Shown one piece after another: positions 16,757 to 26,751 of a DNA stretch of 43,546 bases (within the stretch, counting starts at the first letter, position 1; each line of letters begins with the position of its first letter). The position numbers and the translations under genes are program-made. The stretch is from a virus (Duplodnaviria; Caudoviricetes), in IMG/VR virus record IMGVR_UViG_3300010052_000189, positions 1 to 43,546 of that record; one strand, 5' to 3'. The notes under the pieces were generated by a model. The model ran no database searches. It was not told the origin of the DNA and worked only from the letters and a program-made list of their open reading frames with translations.

Positions 16757-17628
16757 TGGGCAGCGCGACGGGGAAGCGGAAGAAATCGAAGATGTCGTTC
16801 GAGGAGGCTGCCTCGCGCCTGGCCATGGTGCATCGGCAGGTGATCGAGAAGGCCGCTGAGCATTCGGCGGCCTCGCGGGAAGCGGCGGCGAAGGTCGATG
16901 CGATCATGAAGCCGGTGCATGCCATGGGGCAGTCGCTCCGCGGCCTGCGGCTGTTTGAGGCTTCGTTGCAGCGGATCGTCGACAAGGGGCCGCAGGCCTC
17001 GGACCTCGAACGCGGTACAGTCGAGAACCCAGAGCGCGCCGGCGACCTGGTGGCGCATCAGCTCGCCGATGGCGAGGCAGCGGAGAAGCTGGTTGAGGAG
17101 AACCGATTTGCCGGGCTGGTGGAAGTCGACATCAGGCTTTCGACGAGGATAGGCGGACTATCCCGGATCAAGGAACGCAGCGAATTCCAGATCCTCGCCG
17201 CGGCGCGCTTCCGCTCGGACTGGGACCAGGGGCAGATCGGCGGCGCCAAGGCGATCGACTACAGCCAGGTCCGGGTCGACACCTCGGGATCGCCAGCCGA
17301 CGCCGTGACCGCCATGGGCGAGGATGCGCGCCGCGGCTACTCGGCAGCGGTGCAGCGGCTGGGGCCGATTAAGTCCAACCTTGTGCAGCTCGTGGTGTGC
17401 GACAACCTGAGCCTCAGGGCGATCGCGCGAAAGCTTGGACTGCCGGATAGCGGGCCGGCGCGCGAATCGCTGAAGCAGTCGGTGCTCGATGCGGTCGACG
17501 TGCTGGCGAAGCACTACCGCATGGGTCCGGCGGCAGGCCGGCAGAAGATCCGTGCCGAGGGCGAAAGGCCCACCGACTGGGGCGGAGACCAATCGGGCGC
17601 TGTGGAAGAGTCCGAAAGGGCCGCTTGA
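16753..17628 (+). CDS. DUF6456-type (GafA/Q-like) late transcription activator
   Basis: AAARFRSDW..AIDYSQVRVD..VVCDNLSLRAIARKLG..VDVLAKHY; last early gene, before a promoter+hairpin and the packaging genes. Confidence 0.65.
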   Translation: MMGSATGKRKKSKMSFEEAASRLAMVHRQVIEKAAEHSAASREAAAKVDAIMKPVHAMGQSLRGLRLFEASLQRIVDKGPQASDLERGTVENPERAGDLVAHQLADGEAAEKLVEENRFAGLVEVDIRLSTRIGGLSRIKERSEFQILAAARFRSDWDQGQIGGAKAIDYSQVRVDTSGSPADAVTAMGEDARRGYSAAVQRLGPIKSNLVQLVVCDNLSLRAIARKLGLPDSGPARESLKQSVLDAVDVLAKHYRMGPAAGRQKIRAEGERPTDWGGDQSGAVEESERAA

Positions 17629-17714
17629 CGGGCGAGACCAAAAAGCAGAGTCATTCTGCAGGTTGCAGTGTTGCGCCTGAGTCGCCCCGGCAGAGATGTC
17701 GGGGCGTTGCATTT
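17625..17714 (+). promoter_or_regulatory. Putative late promoter (pR'-like) followed by a terminator-like hairpin
   Basis: TTGACG 17625-17630 (no clear -10); stem CGCCCCGGCA-GAGA-TGTCGGGGCG 17683-17706 followed by TTGCATTT. Confidence 0.5.
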
Positions 17715-17760
17715 CAGGGCTCCGCTGCGAGCCTTTTCCCTTCAGAACCCGGAGACTTGA

Positions 17761-18045
17761 ATGGCCCGCATCACGCGCCTGCTGTCGATCGTCGTCTGTT
17801 CGTTCCTGAGTGCCATGGCCTTCGTCGGCGATCTGCTCGTCGACACCGTCAACACCGACATGCCGCCGCTGCTCGACCCGAGCAACTCGCTGCACGCCGA
17901 CCGTGCGCTGCGCGTCACCCATGCCGAACCTGTCATCGGCCTCAGTGTCGCCGGCCCGATGTTCACCGATCGCGCCCGCGACCACGATCGCTTCATCGGC
18001 GACGGCTTCACCAATATGGGCGGCGGCGCTGCGCTGCCGATCTAG
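17761..18045 (+). CDS. Hypothetical protein with hydrophobic N-terminus
   Basis: GGAG RBS; host-like codon usage; followed by two hairpins at 18062-18118. Confidence 0.6.
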   Translation: MARITRLLSIVVCSFLSAMAFVGDLLVDTVNTDMPPLLDPSNSLHADRALRVTHAEPVIGLSVAGPMFTDRARDHDRFIGDGFTNMGGGAALPI

Positions 18046-18137
18046 CGCGCCCGGGTGCTGTACGGTCCTGCCTCAGGGCAGGGCCGCTTGATCAAGGCCG
18101 CTGCGGCGGCCTCGATGAGGCGGTGAGGTGTGTAGGC

Positions 18138-18506
18138 GTGGGTAGGCTCAAGGCGCTGAAGCCGGCGCTTGCCGCAATGAAGCCGAGACTGGGGTTTGCC
18201 CCTGGCGATGAGAGGGCGGCAGACAAGTCCCGCAACCTGATGGCGCCATGGCGCGCCTGGTACAACACTGAGCGCTGGCGGAAGCTACGCATGCAGGTGT
18301 TCGTGCGTGACCACTTCGTCTGTCAGCGCACCGGCGCCGTGTGCTTGGGCAGGTACCCTGCACCCAATAGCCCAGTGGCCAACCACAAGGTGCCGCACAA
18401 GGGCAACCCGGAACTGTTCTGGGACATAAACAACATCGAGACGGTGGCCAAAGAGGTCCACGACGGTCTCATTCAGGCTGAGGAGCGAGCGCTGCTGCAG
18501 GGGTAG
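18138..18506 (+). CDS. HNH endonuclease (HK97 gp74-like packaging cofactor)
   Basis: WYNTERWRKLR..RD..C..VANHKVPHKG..FWD..N..HD; GAGG RBS + GTG; just upstream of terminase. Confidence 0.8.
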   Translation: MGRLKALKPALAAMKPRLGFAPGDERAADKSRNLMAPWRAWYNTERWRKLRMQVFVRDHFVCQRTGAVCLGRYPAPNSPVANHKVPHKGNPELFWDINNIETVAKEVHDGLIQAEERALLQG

Positions 18507-18580
18507 GGGGGGGCGGTCAAATCTCTGCCAACCCCTCCGTTTCCCAGACCGGCGCTTGCCTCACGCGGAGATTTTTTTCT
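18501..18580. other. Putative cos packaging site region
   Basis: G-run, GGTCAAATCTCT..CCAGACCGGCGC..CACGCGGAGA and T-run between HNH and terS, the usual location in HK97-like cos phages. Confidence 0.5.
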
Positions 18581-18581
18581 G

Positions 18582-19055
18582 ATGGACGTGGAATTTGACC
18601 TGCTCGGCGACCCCATTCCCGAGGGGTTTGGTCGTCGTGGTCGGCCGCCGCATACGCCGACTGACGAAAAGCGCAGGATTGTCATACAGTTACTGGCGTT
18701 CGGTAAGTCGGTGGAGTTCATCTCGGCCGCACTGAGCATCACGCCGCCGACGCTTCGGAAGAATTATTTTCGGGAGCTGCGGGCGCGCGAGGAAGCCCGA
18801 GCCCGCGTCGAGGGAAGCCTGCTTTCGTCTCTGATGGCAGAGGCTGAGAAGGGCAACGTCAGCGCGATCGACAAGTACTTCAAGCGCCTCGAGCGGCACG
18901 ACCTGTCGCAGCTCGCAGCAGTGGCAGCCAACCGGCAGCCGAGCGAAGAGGACCAGCGTAGAAAGGTAGGCAAGAAGGAAGCGCGCCGCCTAGCCGCTGG
19001 TGACGTGGCCGGCATCTATGCGCCGCGGCCGGCGCCCGGGTCTAAGCCGAACTAA
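18582..19055 (+). CDS. terS: Terminase small subunit
   Basis: GRPPHTPT..HTH (ITPPTLRKNYFREL)..GNVSA..GKKE; precedes terL. Confidence 0.8.
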   Translation: MDVEFDLLGDPIPEGFGRRGRPPHTPTDEKRRIVIQLLAFGKSVEFISAALSITPPTLRKNYFRELRAREEARARVEGSLLSSLMAEAEKGNVSAIDKYFKRLERHDLSQLAAVAANRQPSEEDQRRKVGKKEARRLAAGDVAGIYAPRPAPGSKPN

Positions 19056-20759
19056 ATGTTCGCCGCACCGGAGTGGTCAACGGCCTGCCCGGACTGGCAG
19101 GAGCGGATCGTCGCGCGACAGTCGCTGATCCCGTTCGAGCCGCTGTTCCCCAACCAGGCGCACGATGCGCTGGCGGTGTTCAAGTCGCTGCGCATCGTCG
19201 ATGCGCCGGGACAGCCGACCTTCGGCGAGGCCTGCGAGCCATGGGTGTTCGACTTCGTCGGCGCCATCTTTGGTGCGTATGACGCCGAGGCCGGCAAGCA
19301 GCTGATCCGGGAGTTCTTCCTGCTGATCAGCAAGAAGAACTCGAAGTCGACGATCGCCGCCGGGATCATGGTCACGGCGCTGATCATCAACTGGCGGCAC
19401 TACTCGGAGCTACTGATCCTCGCCCCCACACTCGAGGTGGCGAACAACAGCTTTAAGCCGGCCGCCGCGATGGTGCGCGCGGATCCGGTGCTGGTCGAGC
19501 TGCTGCACATTCAGGACCACCTGAAGCAGATCACGCATCGCGTCACCAACGCGACGCTGACAGTGGTGGCGGCCGAGAGCGCCACGGTCGGCGGCAAGAA
19601 GGGCGCGTTCGTCCTCATCGACGAGCTGTGGCTTTTCGGCGAGCGAGCCAACGCCGAGGCGATGCTGCAGGAAGCCGTTGGCGGCCAGGTGTCGCGCGAC
19701 GAAGGGTTCGTGATCTTTCTCTCGACCCAGAGCGACAAGCCGCCAGCCGGGGTGTTCAAGGCCAAGCTGGACTATGCCCGCGCGGTGCGAGACGGGCAGA
19801 TCGTAGACCCGTCTTTCCTGGCGGTGATCTTCGAGTTTCCTGCGGCCTTGCTCGCGAGCAAGGCCTACCTGAAGCCCGAGCATTTCTACGTCACCAACCC
19901 CAACCTGGGCCGCTCGGTCAGTGCCGACTGGTTGCTGCGGGAGCTGACCAAGGCCCTGGCTGGCGATAGCGGCAAGCAGACGTTTCTTGCCAAGCATCTG
20001 AACATCGAGATTACCCTTGGCCTCGCCGGGGACCGCTGGGCCGGTGCCGACTACTGGGAGGCGGCCGTCAGTGTAGTCCGCACCCTCGAGGAACTGATCG
20101 AGGTGTGCGAGGTCGCTGTGGTCGGCTTGGACGGCGGCGGGCTCGATGACCTGCTGGGCGCCGGTGTGATCGGGCGCCATCGGGTGACCAAGGAATGGAT
20201 CCTGTGGGGCCATGCCTGGGCGCAGCTCGACGTGCTGGATCGGCGGAAGGAGATTGCGCCGCGGCTGCACGATTTCGAGCGCGATGGCGACCTCACGATC
20301 TGCGAACGCCCGACGCAGGACATCGAAGAGATCGCCGATTTGTGCGAGCGACTGGCCGACGCACAGCTACTGCCAGACGAAGCGGCTGTAGGCCTCGACC
20401 CGCAGGCCGTCGCCGCGCTGGTCGATGAACTTGCCGGCCGCGGGATCACCGCCGAGCAGATGGTGGCGGTCTCTCAGGGTTTCCGCCTTGCGGGAGCCAT
20501 CTGGGGCACCGAACGGAAACTGAAGGACGGCACCCTCAAGCATTGTGGGCAGGCCCTGATGAACTGGTGTGTCGGCAACGCCAAGGTTGAGCAGAGAGGG
20601 AACGCCGTGCTGATCACCAAGCAGGTCGCCGGCAAGGCGAAGATCGACCCGCTGATCGCGGCCTTCAACGCCGTCGCCCTGATGAGCCGCAATCCGACCG
20701 CGGCCGCCGGGGAGGGAAACCTCGACGACTACATCGCCTCTCTCGCGGGTGCGGCATGA
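19056..20759 (+). CDS. terL: Terminase large subunit
   Basis: Walker A variant SKKNSKST, Walker [18 protein letters not shown], nuclease [17 protein letters not shown]. Confidence 0.95.
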   Translation: MFAAPEWSTACPDWQERIVARQSLIPFEPLFPNQAHDALAVFKSLRIVDAPGQPTFGEACEPWVFDFVGAIFGAYDAEAGKQLIREFFLLISKKNSKSTIAAGIMVTALIINWRHYSELLILAPTLEVANNSFKPAAAMVRADPVLVELLHIQDHLKQITHRVTNATLTVVAAESATVGGKKGAFVLIDELWLFGERANAEAMLQEAVGGQVSRDEGFVIFLSTQSDKPPAGVFKAKLDYARAVRDGQIVDPSFLAVIFEFPAALLASKAYLKPEHFYVTNPNLGRSVSADWLLRELTKALAGDSGKQTFLAKHLNIEITLGLAGDRWAGADYWEAAVSVVRTLEELIEVCEVAVVGLDGGGLDDLLGAGVIGRHRVTKEWILWGHAWAQLDVLDRRKEIAPRLHDFERDGDLTICERPTQDIEEIADLCERLADAQLLPDEAAVGLDPQAVAALVDELAGRGITAEQMVAVSQGFRLAGAIWGTERKLKDGTLKHCGQALMNWCVGNAKVEQRGNAVLITKQVAGKAKIDPLIAAFNAVALMSRNPTAAAGEGNLDDYIASLAGAA

Positions 20760-22006
20760 ACCGACTGCAGAAGATGCTCGCCGGCGTGATCCTCGGTAAG
20801 GATACGACCCGGGCGCTGTCGCTGACCGAGCCGAAGTATTGGCGCAACGATACGTTCGCCGAAAACTCGGTCTCCGATGAGGCTGACGCGAAGAGCGTGC
20901 TGGGCCTGTCGGCCGCTTGGGCCTGCGTGAACCTGCTCGCCGGCACCATCGCGTCGCTGCCGATGATGGTCTACCGCACCGACGCCAAGGGCGTGCGGAC
21001 GGTCGCCAAGGATCATCCGCTGTATCGCGTTCTGCACGACAGCCCGAACAGCCTGCAGACCGCGCTGGATTTCTGGGAGTTCGAGCAGGCGAGTCTCGAG
21101 CTGTGGGGGAACGGCTACGCCCGCAAGGTGAAGGGCGCCGGCGACATCGTCGGGCTGATCCCGGTAATGCCGAACCTGCCGCAGGTATCGAACCTGGGCA
21201 ACGGCAGGCTGCGCTACCGCTGGACCGAGAATGGCAAGGAGTTCGATCTCACCAGCGACGACATGCTGCACATCCGTGGTTTCGGCGGCAACCCGCTGGG
21301 CGGAATGTCGACGCTGGCCTTCGGGGCCCGCACCTTCAACCTGGCGACGGCCATCAACAAGGCGGCCAGCGCCACGTTCAGGAACGGCGTTCGCCCGTCG
21401 GGCGTTCTGACGTTCGAGAAGTTCCTCTCGCCCGAGCAGCGGTCGATCATCGAGGAGAAGCTGGTCGAGAAGTTCCTCGGCGCCATGAACAGCGGACGGC
21501 CGCTGGTCCTCGAGGGTGGCACGACCTGGCAGCAGCTCAGCATCAGCCCAGAAGATGCGCAGATGCTGGAATCGCGCCGCTTCAGTGTCGAGGAAATCTG
21601 CCGCTTCTTCGGTGTGCCGCCCTTCATGATCGGCCACTCCGAGAAGTCGACCAGCTGGGGCACCGGCATCAAGGAGCAGACGCTCGGCTTCCAGAAGTTC
21701 GCCCTTCGTCGCCGGGCCAAGCGCATCGAGCAATCCATCGAAAAGCAGCTGTTGAGCGCCGAGGATCGCGCCAACGGCATCGTTGTCGAGATCTCGATGG
21801 AGGGCCTGCTGCGGGGCGCCAGTGACGAGCGCTCCACCTTCTACCAGTCAGCTTTGAGCAACGGTTGGATGACGATCAACGAAGTCCGCCAGCTCGAGAA
21901 CCTGCCGCCAGTTGCCGGTGGCGACGTACCGCGCATGCAGTCGCAGAACCTGCCGATCACCCAGACCCCGGAGCCGAAAGGGCTCCCGGCCCCGACGACG
22001 GAGTAG
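20756..22006 (+). CDS. HK97-family portal protein
   Basis: [63 protein letters not shown]. Confidence 0.95.
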   Translation: MNRLQKMLAGVILGKDTTRALSLTEPKYWRNDTFAENSVSDEADAKSVLGLSAAWACVNLLAGTIASLPMMVYRTDAKGVRTVAKDHPLYRVLHDSPNSLQTALDFWEFEQASLELWGNGYARKVKGAGDIVGLIPVMPNLPQVSNLGNGRLRYRWTENGKEFDLTSDDMLHIRGFGGNPLGGMSTLAFGARTFNLATAINKAASATFRNGVRPSGVLTFEKFLSPEQRSIIEEKLVEKFLGAMNSGRPLVLEGGTTWQQLSISPEDAQMLESRRFSVEEICRFFGVPPFMIGHSEKSTSWGTGIKEQTLGFQKFALRRRAKRIEQSIEKQLLSAEDRANGIVVEISMEGLLRGASDERSTFYQSALSNGWMTINEVRQLENLPPVAGGDVPRMQSQNLPITQTPEPKGLPAPTTE

Positions 22007-22010
22007 CACA

Positions 22011-22679
22011 ATGCAGCCCATCCGGACCAAGCGCGCCGAGGCCTCGCACGCAACCAAGGATTTCGCCCTGCAGATCAAGGGCGAGGTTGGTGATGACGGC
22101 AAGTTCGAGGGGTACGGCTCGATCTTCGGCAACGTCGACAGCTATGGCGAGAAGGTCATGCCCGGGGCGTTCGCCGAGAGCCTGGCGCGCCACAAGCGCG
22201 AGGGCACCAAGCCCCTGATGCTTTGGCAGCACGACAGTTGGTCGCCGATCGGCATCTGGGAAGATCTCGCCGAAGACGGCAAGGGGTTGTGGGGCAAGGG
22301 TAAGCTGCTGCCGGGCGTGAAGGCCGCTGACGAGGCCCTGATCCTGCTAAAGGCTGGCGCCGTGCAGGGGTTGTCGATCGGTTACCGCGAAGTCGAGACC
22401 GAGCCCGATGGCAACATCCGCCTGCTCAAGAAGCTCGACCTGCTCGAGATCAGCATCGTGTCCTTCCCGGCGAACCGCCGGGCACGGGTCGAGACGGTGA
22501 AATCCATTCTGGACGCCGGGAAGCTCCCGACCGTCCGTGAGTTCGAAGAATTCCTGCGGGATGCAGGGTTCTCGAAAGCCCTGGCGACAGCGATTGCCGC
22601 CAAGGCGACGCCGCACCTTCGGGGGGAGCCCGGCGGTGAGGCGGACATCCGCGCCTTCCTCGAGAAGCTGCGCGGCTAA
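22011..22679 (+). CDS. HK97-family prohead protease
   Basis: FEGYGSIFGNVDSYG, MLWQHD, GLSIGY, LLEISIVSFPAN. Confidence 0.93.
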   Translation: MQPIRTKRAEASHATKDFALQIKGEVGDDGKFEGYGSIFGNVDSYGEKVMPGAFAESLARHKREGTKPLMLWQHDSWSPIGIWEDLAEDGKGLWGKGKLLPGVKAADEALILLKAGAVQGLSIGYREVETEPDGNIRLLKKLDLLEISIVSFPANRRARVETVKSILDAGKLPTVREFEEFLRDAGFSKALATAIAAKATPHLRGEPGGEADIRAFLEKLRG

Positions 22680-22713
22680 CCCCTGCAACCCACAATAATT
22701 GGAGACTGCAACC

Positions 22714-24033
22714 ATGGCTCGCATTGCGATCCTGGGGCTGGCGCTCGCCTCGGTGGCGTTCCCCCCCATGAACTTCCTCGGCGCCCCGCGCGTCGCCTTC
22801 GACAAGCCCGACGGGGGCGGATCCGGCAGCCAGACTGTCGACCAACTGGCCGCCGAGATTCAGGCCAAGTTCGATAAGCAGTTCGGTGAGATCAAGGAGA
22901 TCGCCACCGACGCGCTCGGCAAGGTGAAAGCCGGCGAGAAGATGACGGCCGACACCAAGGAGAAGGCCGACGAGGCGCTGCTGAAGCTCAACGACCTGAG
23001 CAAGATCAAGGAGCAGGTCGCCGAACTGATGCAGAAGCTGGCCGAGGGCGACAAAGGCGCCACCGAGAAGGTGAAGTCGCTTGGCGAAATCTTCACCACC
23101 GACGACAAGGTCAAGTCCTGGCTGTCGGGCGACCCGAGCTCGGGCAAGATCGACGCGCGCGTCAAGGCGACCCTCACGTCACTCACCACGGACGCGGCCG
23201 GCTCGGTCGGCGACGGCATCAACGAGACCCGCCTGCCGGGCATCCTGCCGCTGCCACAGCGCCGCCTCTACGTCCGCGATCTCATCTCGCCCGGCCGCAT
23301 GGACGGCGCTTCGCTCGAGTACGTGAAGGAAACCGGCTTCACCAACAACGCCGCCCCGGTGGCCGAAGGTGCGGAGAAGCCGTCGTCCGACATCAAGCTC
23401 GACCTGATCACCACCTCGGCCAAGGTCATCGCCCACTGGATGAAGGCCTCGAAGCAGGTTCTCAGCGACATCAGCCAGCTGCGCTCGATGATCGACGAGC
23501 GCCTGATCTATGGCCTGAAGTACGTCGAGGAAACCGAACTGCTGAAGGGTGACGGCACCGGCCAGCACCTGCTCGGCATCATCCCGCAGGCGACTGCCTA
23601 CTCGGCGCCGATCTCGCTGGCCGACCTCAACATCATCGACGTTCTGCGTCTGGCGATGCTGCAGGCCGTGCTTGCCGAGTACCCGGCCACCGGTCACGTG
23701 CTGAACCCGATCGACTGGGCGAGCATCGAGACCCTGAAGGACGGCGAGGGCCGTTACATCATCGGAAACCCGCAGGGCACCACGCAGCCGACCCTCTGGG
23801 GCCTGCCGGTGGTCGCCACGCAGGCGATGACGGTGCGGAAGTTCCTCACCGGCGCCTTCAAGCTCGGCGCTCAGGTCTTCGACCGCTGGGATGCCCGCGT
23901 CGAGGCCGGCTTCGTCAACGACGACTTCATCAAGAACCTGTCGACCATTCTCGCCGAAGAGCGCCTTGCCCTGGCGGTCTATCGTCCCGAGGCCTTCATC
24001 TACGGCGATTTCGACGCCGCTCTGGCGTCGTAA
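22714..24033 (+). CDS. HK97-fold major capsid protein
   Basis: GGAG RBS before ATG 22714; coiled-coil delta domain; VAEGAEKP, LWGLPVV, AEERLALAVYRPEAF. Confidence 0.95.
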   Translation: MARIAILGLALASVAFPPMNFLGAPRVAFDKPDGGGSGSQTVDQLAAEIQAKFDKQFGEIKEIATDALGKVKAGEKMTADTKEKADEALLKLNDLSKIKEQVAELMQKLAEGDKGATEKVKSLGEIFTTDDKVKSWLSGDPSSGKIDARVKATLTSLTTDAAGSVGDGINETRLPGILPLPQRRLYVRDLISPGRMDGASLEYVKETGFTNNAAPVAEGAEKPSSDIKLDLITTSAKVIAHWMKASKQVLSDISQLRSMIDERLIYGLKYVEETELLKGDGTGQHLLGIIPQATAYSAPISLADLNIIDVLRLAMLQAVLAEYPATGHVLNPIDWASIETLKDGEGRYIIGNPQGTTQPTLWGLPVVATQAMTVRKFLTGAFKLGAQVFDRWDARVEAGFVNDDFIKNLSTILAEERLALAVYRPEAFIYGDFDAALAS

Positions 24034-24050
24034 CCGGTCGGCTGATGCTG

Positions 24051-24077
24051 AGCGGGCGGCTTCTGCCGCCCGCTTTC
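24051..24077 (+). terminator. Hairpin after capsid gene (weak intrinsic terminator or mRNA stabiliser)
   Basis: AGCGGGCGGC-TTCT-GCCGCCCGCT then a short T-tract. Confidence 0.55.
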
Positions 24078-24098
24078 ATGAGCCGAAAGGAGACCGCC

Positions 24099-24332
24099 AT
24101 GGCCAAGCTCATGAACTACCGGGTCATCCGCGAACACGGCGATTTCGCCGAGGGCGCCATCCGGACTGCCGCCCCCAACGACGTCGCGCACCTTGTGCCC
24201 AAGTCGCTCGAGCTGATCGGCCCGGCCAAGGATCAGCCCGACGAGAAGACCAACGCCGAACCTGACAACAAGGCCTTCATCGCCAGCCCGGCGAACAAGG
24301 CCGCCAGCCGGCGGGGATCGAAGGGCAAGTAA
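24099..24332 (+). CDS. Small head-associated hypothetical protein, 77 aa
   Basis: AAGGAG RBS; typical post-capsid small gene with NKA repeats. Confidence 0.7.
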   Translation: MAKLMNYRVIREHGDFAEGAIRTAAPNDVAHLVPKSLELIGPAKDQPDEKTNAEPDNKAFIASPANKAASRRGSKGK

Positions 24333-24380
24333 CCCTCCGACCCGCCATAACCGGCGCGCTGCGCCAGAAAGGTAGTCGCC

Positions 24381-24752
24381 ATGAAGCGCTACAAAGTCCA
24401 GGCGGATGTGGCCGCCGATGGTTCCCTGACGACCTATTCCCCGCGCCTGTCTGGCCTGCTCTATGCCGTGCACTACGTGCCGGACGGAACCACGCCGTAC
24501 GACAACACCGTCGACATGACGATCACCGACGAGGCGACCGGGCAGTCCCTGGTGACCCGCTCGAACGTCTCTGCGGCCTTCGTGGCCAATCCGCGGGTTC
24601 CGACCTCCGATGCCGCCGGCACCGCTGCGCTCTACGCTGCAGGCGGCACTGCCGTGCAGGACCGGATCGCGCTGGCCAACACACGCATCAAGATCGTGCT
24701 GGCACAGGGCGGCACGTCGAAGAAGGGCGCTTTCCACTTCCTGGTGGATTGA
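24381..24752 (+). CDS. Hypothetical beta-rich virion protein (possible capsid decoration)
   Basis: AAGG RBS; Thr/Ala/Val-rich; in the head module. Confidence 0.6.
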   Translation: MKRYKVQADVAADGSLTTYSPRLSGLLYAVHYVPDGTTPYDNTVDMTITDEATGQSLVTRSNVSAAFVANPRVPTSDAAGTAALYAAGGTAVQDRIALANTRIKIVLAQGGTSKKGAFHFLVD

Positions 24753-24758
24753 TCCCGC

Positions 24759-25307
24759 ATGCGCATCACGGTCACCACCCAGCCCGATCCGCTCGTCACG
24801 GTCGAGGAGGCGAAAGTCGCCCTCGGCGAGAGCGGATCGGATCGGAACGAACTGATCGAGCATCTGATCCTGGCTGCCCAGTCGGAACTCGATGGCCCGA
24901 AGGGCTGGGCGGGGATCTCGGTTGCGCAGCAGTCGGTCGAGGTTCATTTCGACCGCTTCTGCGACCGCATGCAGTTGCCGGCGGGACCCGTCATCGCGCC
25001 GGCAACAATCTCGTACCTCGACAGCGCCGGCGCCGAGCAGGCGCTCGACCAGGCGGTGTTCACGCTGCTCAGCAACGACTGCATCGTGCTGACGCCGAAC
25101 CAGAGCTGGCCGAGCACCTACACGCGCGCCGAGGCGGTGACCGCCGCCTATGACGTCGGCATCGAGGATCAAGACGACCCGCGTATCGCGCTGATGAAGA
25201 CCGCGATCATCATGCATGTCCGGATGACCCTCGATCATGAGGATCCCGCGCAGCGCCGCGAAACCATCAAGTGGCTCGTCTCGTCGCTGAAGGTCTGGGG
25301 CGTCTGA
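24759..25307 (+). CDS. Head-tail connector (gp6/phiE125 gp8-like)
   Basis: PLVTVEEAK..LIEHLILAA..DGPKGWAG..WPST; position. Confidence 0.8.
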   Translation: MRITVTTQPDPLVTVEEAKVALGESGSDRNELIEHLILAAQSELDGPKGWAGISVAQQSVEVHFDRFCDRMQLPAGPVIAPATISYLDSAGAEQALDQAVFTLLSNDCIVLTPNQSWPSTYTRAEAVTAAYDVGIEDQDDPRIALMKTAIIMHVRMTLDHEDPAQRRETIKWLVSSLKVWGV

Positions 25308-25720
25308 TGAAGGCCGAGCGTCTCGATCGCCGGATCACCCTGCAGCGCTACAGCTGGTCGCAGGATCAGTATGGCGCGCCGGTGCAGGCGTGGACTGAGC
25401 TGGCGCGGCCTTGGGCCAGCAAGCGGGATATCTCGGATGGGGAGCGGGTGGCGGCGGCTGAGGTTTCGGCGTCGATCACGACGCGGTTCCAGATCCGCTT
25501 CGACAGCTCCTGGGCCGACCTGAACCCCAAGGATCGCGTCGTCTTCGACGGCAAGGTCTACGACATCTGGGGTGTGAAAGAGATCGGACGCCGCGAGGGG
25601 TTCGAGATCACCGCGGCGGCACGGGCCGACCTCGAGGATGACGACGGCAACTTCGGACCGGGGCCGGCGCTGATCTTCTCCATTCCCGAAAACAGCCAGT
25701 ACATTGGACAGGTGGTCTAG
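25307..25720 (+). CDS. Head closure protein (SPP1 gp16-like) with a ~30-aa C-terminal extension
   Basis: MKAERLDRRITLQR..DQYG..W..WAS..RFQIR..DRVVFDGKVYDI..GRREG; extension DLEDDDGNFGPGPALIFSIPENSQYIGQVV. Confidence 0.85.
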   Translation: MKAERLDRRITLQRYSWSQDQYGAPVQAWTELARPWASKRDISDGERVAAAEVSASITTRFQIRFDSSWADLNPKDRVVFDGKVYDIWGVKEIGRREGFEITAAARADLEDDDGNFGPGPALIFSIPENSQYIGQVV

Positions 25721-26746
25721 ATGGCCGAAGTCGATACGATCCTCGTCAAGGATGCCAACGGCAACATCCGGGAAGTCCCGACGCTGCTCTCGCTCGAGCA
25801 GATGGTTGCAAGCCAGGCGACCGTCGCCGCGATCCTCGCCAAGCTTTCTGCGGATCCTGCTTCGCAGACCACGCTGGCCGCCATCCTGGCCAAGATCATC
25901 GCCGCGCCGGCAACCGAGGCAAAGCAGGATACGCTGATTGCGAAGGACTTCGCGACCCAGACCACCCTTGCCGCGGTGTTGGCGAAGCTTTCAGCCGATC
26001 CGGCCAGCCAGACCACCCTGGCGGCGATACTTGCCAAGCTGATCGCAGCGCCTTCGACGGAGGCTAAGCAGGACGCGTTGGCCGCCCTGACCGGCGCCCT
26101 GACTGAAACGGCTCCGGCGACCGACATCGCCTCGTCGGGGCTAAACGGTCGGCTGCAGCGCATTGCGCAGCGCATCACCAGCCTCATCGCCCTGGTGCCG
26201 GCGTCCCTCGGGTCGAAGGCGGATGCCGCGTCGCTCGCGGTCACCAAGTCGACTGAGGACAAGGCGCTCACGGGCGCGCTCACCGAAACGGCACCGGCAT
26301 CCGACATCGCATCGTCGGGCCTCAACGGCCGCCTGCAGCGTATCGCGCAGCGGCTGACTTCGCTCATTGGTCTGCTGCCGACTGCCTTGGGACAGGGCAC
26401 GATGGCCGCGTCGCTGAAGGTGGCGATCGCCAGCGACCAGTCGGCAATTCCGGTGGGGCACAACACCAGCGGCCTTGGCCATGGGGTCAAAGCAGTGACC
26501 GCGGCGGGAACCGCCGAGGCGATCGCGGCATCGACTGCAGCGAAATGGGTCATCGTTCAGGCCCAGACCGACAACACCGGGATCATTGCGGTCGGCGGTT
26601 CTGGCGTGCTTGCGACCGTTGCGACGGGAACTGGTGTTGCGCTTGTGGCCGGGGCGCTCATCACCATCCCATGCGACAACCTGGCTGACATCTTTGTCGA
26701 CGCGACCGTGTCCGGAGATGGCGTCCGGTTTACCTACGGGACCTGA
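25721..26746 (+). CDS. Repeat-rich putative fibre stalk protein with C-terminal beta-sandwich
   Basis: Helical repeats (A)SQTTLAAILAKL x4, TEAKQD x2, TGALTETAP..SSGLNGRLQRIAQR x2; Gly/Val-rich C-domain. Confidence 0.65.
   Translation: MAEVDTILVKDANGNIREVPTLLSLEQMVASQATVAAILAKLSADPASQTTLAAILAKIIAAPATEAKQDTLIAKDFATQTTLAAVLAKLSADPASQTTLAAILAKLIAAPSTEAKQDALAALTGALTETAPATDIASSGLNGRLQRIAQRITSLIALVPASLGSKADAASLAVTKSTEDKALTGALTETAPASDIASSGLNGRLQRIAQRLTSLIGLLPTALGQGTMAASLKVAIASDQSAIPVGHNTSGLGHGVKAVTAAGTAEAIAASTAAKWVIVQAQTDNTGIIAVGGSGVLATVATGTGVALVAGALITIPCDNLADIFVDATVSGDGVRFTYGT
25808..26392 (+). repeat. Two intragenic tandem duplications (periods 144 and 180 nt)
   Basis: Units begin near 25808/25952 and 26090/26270; near-identical protein with many synonymous changes. 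Confidence 0.75.
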
Positions 26747-26751
26747 CGCAA

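Noticed and set aside
17640-17760. Possible tRNA after the late activator
   Set aside because: No cloverleaf or T-loop GTTCRA; only simple hairpins
25808-26392. Repeats as a CRISPR array or DGR template/variable repeat pair
   Set aside because: In-frame coding repeats with synonymous, not adenine-specific, differences; no spacers, cas or reverse transcriptase gene
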